From assembly GCA_951406725.2 (NCBI GenBank), contig OX597820.1:95418001-95482000 (forward strand): 64,000 nt of DNA, written 5' to 3'. The DNA is from Octopus vulgaris (taxonomy: Eukaryota). Below are positions 55,555 through 64,000 of this stretch, piece by piece (within the stretch, counting starts at the first letter, position 1; every line of letters starts with the position of its first letter). Both the position numbers and the translations under genes were made by a program. A model generated the notes under the pieces. That model searched no databases. It was not told where the DNA came from and saw only the letters and a list, made by a program, of their open reading frames with translations.

Positions 55555-56517
55555 TACATATAGTGAAGGCGCGTGGTTTAGTAGTTAGGGTATTCAGATC
55601 ATGATCATAAGGTCGTGTGTTCGATTTCAGCCACTTTGCAAAGTAATTTCACAAACAGTCTGTATCCATTGATCGTATCAGCTGGAACCCTTATCGTCGT
55701 AATTTACGGAGTGGCAGTTTTACACACACACACACACACATACACACTCGTATATAATATATATACATACGCATAAATATAAACGTATCTACACAATTAT
55801 GTGTTTATGTGTGTGAAAAAAGATGTACGACAAACATTACAACTCTTAAACGACACAGTAAAATACTAATTATACTTGAAAGCAGAAATAACATGCATGT
55901 AGCCGTTACATATAGCTATTAGTTAATTGATGCAACTCTATAGTTGGTTATTTAATATTTGACACCAGTCAAAAGCAATCGATATTTCTTTGTAAAAAAA
56001 TCGATATTTCCTTCCCAAGAAAAAATGTTTTTATCGATGTTTACATGTTTGCATGATATTCTATTTACTCATGCAAATCTTCACGGATATTCATAACGTT
56101 ATGTTATTCTTTTGAACTATTTCTGTTCATTTCATGTTTTTTATTTTATCAGCGTGGCCGTATATTGTTGCCAGTACGTCACGTTTCCATAATTTAACAC
56201 GGCTTCTTTCAGTAGATATAGTACACCATTACTAAGACTAGTGGTTACTGTATTAATATGAGTAACGATGACAGCAATAGTAGAAGCAGTGTCTGTAGCA
56301 GAAGCCACATCACTAGTACTCAGTAGGTCTTCTCTAAGATATACAGTAATCTCCAAACAATACATTATCGTTTAAACATTTCAAATTCATTCTGATAAAA
56401 TCTGTTGGATTTTTTCTTTAGAAATTATAATGTCGACATATCAACATTTCATGCTTCAACGGCACCAATAATAGCACTGGTAGCAACAATAACAGCACTA
56501 GCACCACCACTGCTACC

Positions 56518-57125
56518 TATTTTTTTACTACCCACAAGGGGCTAAACACGAAGAGGACCAACAAAGACAGATAAACGGATTAAGGATTAAGGATTAAGTC
56601 GATTATATCGACCCAAGTGCGTAATTGGTACTTATTTAATCGACCCCGAAAGGAAGAAAGGCAAGGTCGACCTCGGCGGAATTTGAACTCAGAACATAGC
56701 GGCAGGCGAAATACCTATTTCTTTACTACCAATAAGGGGCTAAACACAGAGACAACAAACAAGGACAGACAAACGGATTAAGTCGATTATATCGACCCCA
56801 GTGCGTAATGGTACTTAATTTATCGACCCCGAAAGGATGAAATGCAAGTCGACCTCGGCGGAATTTGAACTCAGAACGTAGCGGCAGGCGAAATACCTAT
56901 TTCTTTATTACCCACAAGGGGCTAAACACAGAGGGGACAAACAAGGACAGACATAGGTATTAAGTCGATTACATCGACCCCAGTGCGTAACTGGTACTTA
57001 ATTTATCGACCCCGAAAGAATGAAAGGCAAAGTTGACCTCGGCGGAATTTGAACGCAGAACGTAACGGCAGGCGAAATACCGCTAAGCATCTCGCCCGGC
57101 GCGATAACGTCTCTGCCAGCCCACC
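56518..57125 (-). mobile_element. SINE family A trimer
   Basis: One head plus three bodies with the same junction; flanking CCACCACT(G/A)CTACC is a probable TSD. Confidence 0.9.
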
Positions 57126-58381
57126 ACTACTACCGCTACCACCATCACCAACTGTAATGGTAGTTGGGATAACATTGCACAAAGCAATACATTTTGGAAA
57201 GAGCACAATCGATTATACAATCCCGGTACTTGTGTTGTGTTATATTTTATCGATCTGAGACAGGTGAAAGACAGAGATAACCTCGGCGTGATATGAACTC
57301 AGAACGTTAAAGGCTGTAACTAAATATCATGAAATATTTCTCAACATTCTAACGATTCTGCTAAACCACTGCTTTATCTTTATTTACACATATAAAACGA
57401 CAATCAATTCCATATTTGCAGAAACTTAGGTAAACCCTTCAGTATTTCAATGTTAGCAGTAACTCCCTCCTATCCCATAAAGTTACTAGACTCATGTTCA
57501 AATCTTTCCGCAGTGTATTTAGAAAAAGTTAATCTGGGGAAAACAGCATTCTTTCTAAATTACATACACAGGCGGATTTGAGGCAAATGCGGGTTTATTA
57601 CACACTGCTTCCATTGTTTACTACGTCCCTTACTAAAATATATTGTTTACTATGTCCCTTACTAAAATATATATTTACCGCTTCTTTAACTAGACTAGTT
57701 ATAATTACGAGCAGTACGCGAGGAAATTTCACAGTAAATGCGAAATTTTTCAGATGATTGTAAGTTTATATAGAACCATAAAATTTAGCGTTCCTTTATG
57801 AATTGAATATCCTGCATAATTTTCGTTTAAAAACACCTTTCAGTTTTAGATGAGGCTATAATTGAAGGAGCATCACTTTCCTATGCCCTCAGATGTACAG
57901 AGGTTCATTTATAAGTCCTAGAGCTTCACAATGATTACAGAGAATATTCATGTCACTAATGTAACTTTAAATAGTATGTTTATATGTTTTTTTTTGTCGT
58001 TCCCTCCGATTTTCATTTTATATTCTAGCTTGAACACGTCCCCTTATCTGTTGTAAATACTAACTCTATATTCTTTGATTCATATTTTCTCTTTCTACAC
58101 ACTGATGCTTCCGTGCTTGTTCTAGTGCTTCGACACCCCGCTTCTCTTTACGTCATTGCCTATTCAGTCTCATTCTTTCTGTTGCTAGCTTCCATCGTCT
58201 GTCATCTATATTTTATATACAAATATCAATTTTCAAGCCAGCAGACGATCAATAATTGTACTTATGCGCATGCGTTAAACGATAGGCGATATAAAAACTT
58301 AGTTCAGCTAAAAGAAATTTACACTTTTCACTATTCAATCACTATCACGGACGCCGCCGTTGCCGCCGCCACCGCCGCCAT

Positions 58382-58510
58382 CACCACCACCACCACCACC
58401 ACCACCACCACCACCACCACCACCACCACCACCACCACCACCACCACCACCACCACCACCACCACCACCACCACCACCACCACCACCACCACCACCACCA
58501 CCACCACCAC
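58382..58510. repeat. (CAC)n microsatellite, about 43 units
   Basis: Direct reading. Confidence 0.95.
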
Positions 58511-59368
58511 TCTTTCCCACTCTCCGTGCATTTCTTTAACCTCGCCATCAGTAACACCACCACACCCCGTTAAACATATTTCTAACTCTATTTCTCTACA
58601 TCACTACCTTCAACCAACTTTTTTTAAACGCGTTATTAAATATTACGTTCCCCCTACCTCACGTCGTGGATGCTTCTCTCTCCCTCTTTATCTCTCTTCC
58701 TCTTTTTTCCTTCTTGCCTTTCCTCTCTCCTTTTTCTTTCTCCCTTTTATTCTCTCGTTTTTCGTCTTTTCCTTCAACTACTCACATAATAGCGTAACAT
58801 ATTTCGACCTTAGTGTATTCTTATATAGATTTTCATCACAGTGATTGCTTTACTCCGGTGATAGGTTACAAATTATCATAACCCTCCAATGAAAGTCTAG
58901 TGAACTGTCCACTGAACCACATAAAACGCTCAAATTCGCGAACTATGAGCTTCACGTAATAAGGACAAATAGAATGAAATTCATATGGGAGCAGTATAGG
59001 TTCTCTGTTCTCGTTATAAACATTACATTTACATAAGAGAAAATTATATGTCTGAATAAGCTAGGCGCCACTATCATTAGGTTCGAAAGATAAAACATAA
59101 ATAATAGCAGTGTCCGGCTCTTTGAATCAGTTTTCAATTATTCTCAGTTCTATGCTATTCCAAGAGTCAGAACTGTTGGCAAAATTAAGCTTGCCCTTCA
59201 ATTTGGCAAACACTCTTTTCAATTCACTTTTCCTCCGAAAATTGTGTACTGCTAAATTTGAAATAATCCACAATAATGTCTGACACATTGTTGTTAACAA
59301 AGTTTAAAACCACGTTATTTGAACATATTTAAGTTGTCATAATAGAGACAAAAAAAAGATATACTTAC

Positions 59369-59596
59369 CCAGCGTTCCTGCATCAACTACAGCTAGAAAA
59401 CCTAGGTAAATTCCCATAAAGAGATCAGCAGTCGCTAAGTTGCAAATTAAAAAGCGTTGTACGTCCATTTTGGATTTACTTGTGATGGAGACAAATAAAA
59501 CAACACTGTTTCCTAACAAAGCAAGCTGTAAAACAACCCAGACACCGCATCGTAGGTACCACCATCCAAACAAATCATCGCATGGTAGAAATGGAT
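59369..59596 (-). CDS. Exon of a type-B leucine-rich-repeat GPCR (bursicon receptor/rickets-like): hinge end, TM1 and TM2
   Basis: Acceptor TTTCAG|AT at 59597 and donor G|GTAAGT at 59368; 228 bp, phase 1 to phase 1. Translates (D)PFLPCDDLFGWWYLRCGVWVVLQLALLGNSVVLFVSITSKSKMDVQRFLICNLATADLFMGIYLGFLAVVDAGTL(G). This matches the PFLPC.DLF.WW.LRCGVW and SKMDV.RFL.CNLA.AD..MGIYLG signatures I recall for rickets/LGR2. Confidence 0.95.
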
Positions 59597-60024
59597 CTGA
59601 AATAGAATGCAAACAATAAAGTATTATTCACACACGCAAGCGTACACAGATGCACTGACACACACACACATAGTACACTTACTGACACGCATACACGCAC
59701 CTGATTCAACACTAAATTAAAATAATAATACGTATAAAATTTGAAATGCATGTACAAACGTACAACGACACCGCCTGTAATATTTTATCTCATATATATA
59801 TTGTTGCTATTATGCAAAAGTGTCGTAAGTCCAAAACGCTGCTTCTTCAGAAAACGAGAAAATAGTTTCTCTATTCTATAGCAAAACCGTTTTACTACAC
59901 TTAGACAATTTTTGATATCTTGGCATCTGAAGCAGCTGGAGATACGATAGTTTGACAAAAAAAAACGGCTATTGGAAACACAGATAAATATTGAAAAAAA
60001 AAACGCATTTGGCCAAATTTGGAC

Positions 60025-60061
<37 letters not shown>

Positions 60062-61059
60062 CGTGTGTGTGCGTATGTGTGTATTTATGTATTATGCGTA
60101 TATGTGTCTCATACTTCCCAAGAAACAATAGTTTACGAAATATTGTATGTGTCGACCGAGTTAATTAAGATTGCCGATTGTAAGACACTTTGAGAGCTAA
60201 GTGCAGAACAATCTTGCGCCGAGGAAATGTGTGTACAGCGACATGACATATTTTAAGATTAGACTACATATTTGCATATTTGCATATGATAGACTACCGA
60301 TGTTGTAACGATCTGTATTCTGTTATGCAACCTATTAATGATGAGTCTTTTACTATTTATAACTCTAGTAGCTTCGATGATGTTTGGCTACGAAAATAAT
60401 CTTTAATTTCAAATTGTAATCGCTGATTGTTCAGGCTAGACATTCCTCATCCAACGATAACTATTTTCAGCCAGTTATACTAGTTGATTTGAGAGTTAAC
60501 TGTCTTGGTAACGAACACAACACAGTACTTGCGACAGGAATCGAACCACTAAACTTACAGTTGGTTACCCGACACTGTGTCTATCGGTCATCTGCGCTCT
60601 GTGAAATTTTATAACAAAGAACATTTAAGAAAACTGGTAAGAATATGTTATATTACACAGGGGGCATATGCTTATTATAAACGCTGAATGAACAGGAAAT
60701 TAATCAATATAAATTTCTATATATTTATCATTGTTCAGTAAATTTTTAAGTTTCGAAAATATATAATAATATTTTTTTCTTTTGGTCTAGAATGTATATT
60801 ATTGATAATTATTTTATTGTAAAATTTGTAACAAAAGACGAAAAGGAGAAACCTGCAGATTATATGTTTTGCAATAAGAAAATCATTAAAAAATTTTCTT
60901 TCAGCATAACAACAGGAGTTTCTAAAGCGGAAATATTGCTTCGCTTGCAGTCAAAGCAGGTTTCTAAGTTTGTAACATATAATTGGAAAATAAATAATGT
61001 TTCTGTCAGAGGATATCACCATTACCTGCGCTGATTATCTAGTAAACAATATCTATTTA

Positions 61060-61276
61060 CGAGGGCGTGCTGAAAAGTTCTTGGCTTTGGGCAAAACAAA
61101 ATACAAGAAGATCAGTTAATTATGATTTTATTCAACAAATTCCCCTCCCAGATTGACACTCTCACTGTAGCGGTCCTTCGGTTTTTCTAAGCCCTGTAAA
61201 AGAACTCGGAAGGTTGGGTCTACAACCAGGCTTTTCGCGATACATTTAAAGCCAGGAACTTTTAAACTCCCTGTCG
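61060..61276. mobile_element. Mariner-type MITE
   Basis: TA|CGAGGGCGTGCTGAAAAGTTCTTGGCTT and AAGCCAGGAACTTTTAAACTCCCTGTCG|TA. Confidence 0.8.
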
Positions 61277-61891
61277 TATATATATATTCCTCTGACTGCT
61301 TTTAGAACCTACCCTCTCACGGCGTCTTCCCCTCCATCTTATATACATAATACATACATACATACATTCAGACATGCATACGTATAAGCGAAGAGAGCAA
61401 TATACCACGAGTTGGCAATGAGTTCTCCAGAAAGGGGTCACAACCACAACACTACATCACACTTCGAAGGCTGTGTTTGCAATCAAAGTGCAGGAGATTG
61501 CTACAAAATACTTAATGAATGAAAAAGACACAGAAGCCCTTGGAGTCGTCCCAAGACGCAACTAAAAATGTCGATTATGCCATGTTTTTGCAAAAGGCTC
61601 AATATGAAAGGAGATGCAAACCAAATACTCTGTCTTTGTACTGAGTGATCCTTCAGTTAAAGTTTGACTGTCTTTATGTTTGTACATAATATGCACACAT
61701 ATGTATCCTTCTTTCTTCTCTCCTTCTCTTTCTCTCTACATACATACGCACACGCATACACACATGACAAAAGTTTGATTCAGCTCCACTACTATTAAAT
61801 ACTTATAGCTCCAAGTAAATGTGTCTAATGCTCTTCTTTCATTTTTTCATTCACTCGTGTATACATACATACATCCATACAAACGCACGCA

Positions 61892-61938
<47 letters not shown>

Positions 61939-61945
61939 ATTATGC

Positions 61946-61994
<49 letters not shown>

Positions 61995-62077
61995 GGTCCC
62001 GGGTTGATTCGGGGTTAACCACAGTAAGTAAGGTACTCAATACATAGCAGAGTAAAATTAATTTATTATATAGAAGG

Positions 62078-62128
62078 AGCTTCTACAGGACTAGTACTGT
62101 TTCATTCAAGAGAAATCTTCAGGAAGCT
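62078..62128 (-). ncRNA. Type I hammerhead ribozyme motif in a probable Penelope-like terminal repeat
   Basis: AGCUUC-CUGAAGA-UUUCUCUUGAAU-GAA-ACAG-uacuaguc-CUGU-A-GAAGCU: 6-bp stem I, intact core, 4-bp stem III and GUA cleavage triplet; stem II has a U-U closing pair. Confidence 0.7.
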
Positions 62129-62449
62129 ATTTAACAAGAATTGTATTAGCATTTATACATTTAGGCAGGTTTAAAGGAGTGGTGGTGGGGGACTTTTTGG
62201 GGGTAGGCATAGCGCAAAATATCATACTTGGGGGAGTGGTCAAGGAGTCAGTGGTAAGTTAGATGAAAGAATAGATAAATAAAAAAATAAAAAAATAAAA
62301 AATAAAAAAATAAAATAAAATAAAAAAATAAAAAAATAAAAAATATAAAAAATATATATAAAAAAATATATATATAAAATATATATATAAAAAAATATAT
62401 ATATAAAAAAAGGGGGGATAGAGTTATAGGTAAATAAGGAGATTCTCAC

Positions 62450-62509
62450 TTATACCTATACACACATGTATACGTATCTACACACACATACATACATACA
62501 CATATATAT

Positions 62510-62552
<43 letters not shown>

Positions 62553-63005
62553 CCTACACATACACACATACGTACATACAAATATACATATACATATATA
62601 TATATATACAATCCAATACAGGCCCATTCCCTAATTTTAATTTTATTATCTTCATTTATTACTTTTGTTATCTTTGATCGCTAGGGCTAAGAATCCTGGC
62701 AATGGCTGCATGTCCATTTGTCTGTCTACTAGAAGGCAAGTACTCATTCCCGCACGCACACTCATTAGCACGTACATTCACCCATTCGTACACTCATACA
62801 CATACACGTACGCACGCGTTATATTCATACATACAAACATCTACATACGTTCACGTATATACACATACGTACTCGTACCTACAGATTCGTGTCTACACTT
62901 TAGGAGGCTAGTCTATACATATACACCAATAAATATACATATATATATATATACACGCATATACATACACACACACACATATATACTCCTACATACAGAT
63001 ACATA

Positions 63006-63057
<52 letters not shown>

Positions 63058-63547
63058 CATACACATACACACATACATATACACACACATACATACACAT
63101 ATATATACATACACAAACATATATACACACATATATATATACATACACACATACACACATACATACGTATACATACATACATACATCCATACATCCATAC
63201 TTACATGCATTTATACGCATACACACACCCATCTATATGTATGTATATATATATATATATATATACACACTCACACATACATATAAATCTACGCACACAC
63301 ATACATACATACACGTATACGCATACACGCACATACACATATACATGCGTACCCATGCACGTGCACACACGCACGCGCATCCATATATATACACACACAC
63401 ACATATATATATACACGTGTGCAAGCATACATACATACTCATACGCGCACACATACTTACAAATACATATATGCACACACTTACACACATATATATACAT
63501 ACACATATACATGCATACATACATATATGCATACATACACACACGCA

Positions 63548-63589
<42 letters not shown>

Positions 63590-63652
63590 TATATACATAT
63601 ATAGATATATATACACATACATACACATACACATACATACACACATATACAC

Positions 63653-63687
<35 letters not shown>

Positions 63688-63877
63688 TACATATATACAC
63701 ATATACATACATATACATACACACACACATACATATATACATATACACTGATACACATACCCATACATACACATGCATATACTTATATCACTACATACTC
63801 ACATATATAAACATATATACATATACACACATACATATATACATGTACATACACATACGTATGCATATATATATATG

Positions 63878-63910
<33 letters not shown>

Positions 63911-64000
63911 GCATATATATATATATGTATATATATATATGTGTATATATATATGTATATATATATATATGCATACGTATGTGTATGTACATGTATATAT
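62450..64000. repeat. Long degenerate (TA)/(CA)/(TACA) low-complexity tract
   Basis: Direct reading; it accounts for the many Y/I/H/T and C/V/M ORFs. Confidence 0.9.

Larger units (their letters stand above)
30680..59368 (-). other. 28,689-bp GT-AG intron of the LGR gene
   Basis: Canonical splice sites, matching phase, and continuous protein sequence across the junction. Confidence 0.88.

Noticed and set aside
58113-58844. 243-aa ORF with poly-Thr
   Set aside because: Driven by (CAC)n and a pyrimidine tract; no domain features or splice support.
62665-63810. 381-aa ORF and the many overlapping [12 protein letters not shown] ORFs across the window
   Set aside because: They are translations of dinucleotide and tetranucleotide microsatellites, which lack stop codons.

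Overview
This is AT-rich eukaryotic DNA, dense in microsatellites and tRNA-derived SINEs. The repeat landscape suggests an octopus/cephalopod genome (inference). The only host coding sequence I can support is two minus-strand exons (59369-59596 and 30500-30679), which splice in frame across a 28.7-kb intron. They encode the hinge end through TM3 of a type-B LGR (bursicon receptor/rickets-like GPCR); the remaining exons appear to lie outside the window. The rest is probably intronic and packed with decayed mobile DNA: SINE monomers and multimers, R4/Dong-type LINE pieces, bipartite RTE derivatives, Penelope-like fragments with hammerhead motifs, Helitrons, Tc1/mariner and pogo elements (one with DD36E spacing), and a GGATC-ended family with 8-bp TSDs. 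Notable unexplained structure includes SINE concatemers with an invariant junction inside single TSDs, several locally templated insertions, a dense cluster of fold-back palindromes at 10-21 kb, and a candidate in-frame exon whose branch-point motif sits in a hairpin loop. Most ORFs in the supplied track are microsatellite artefacts. Family assignments come from motif recognition, not database searches.
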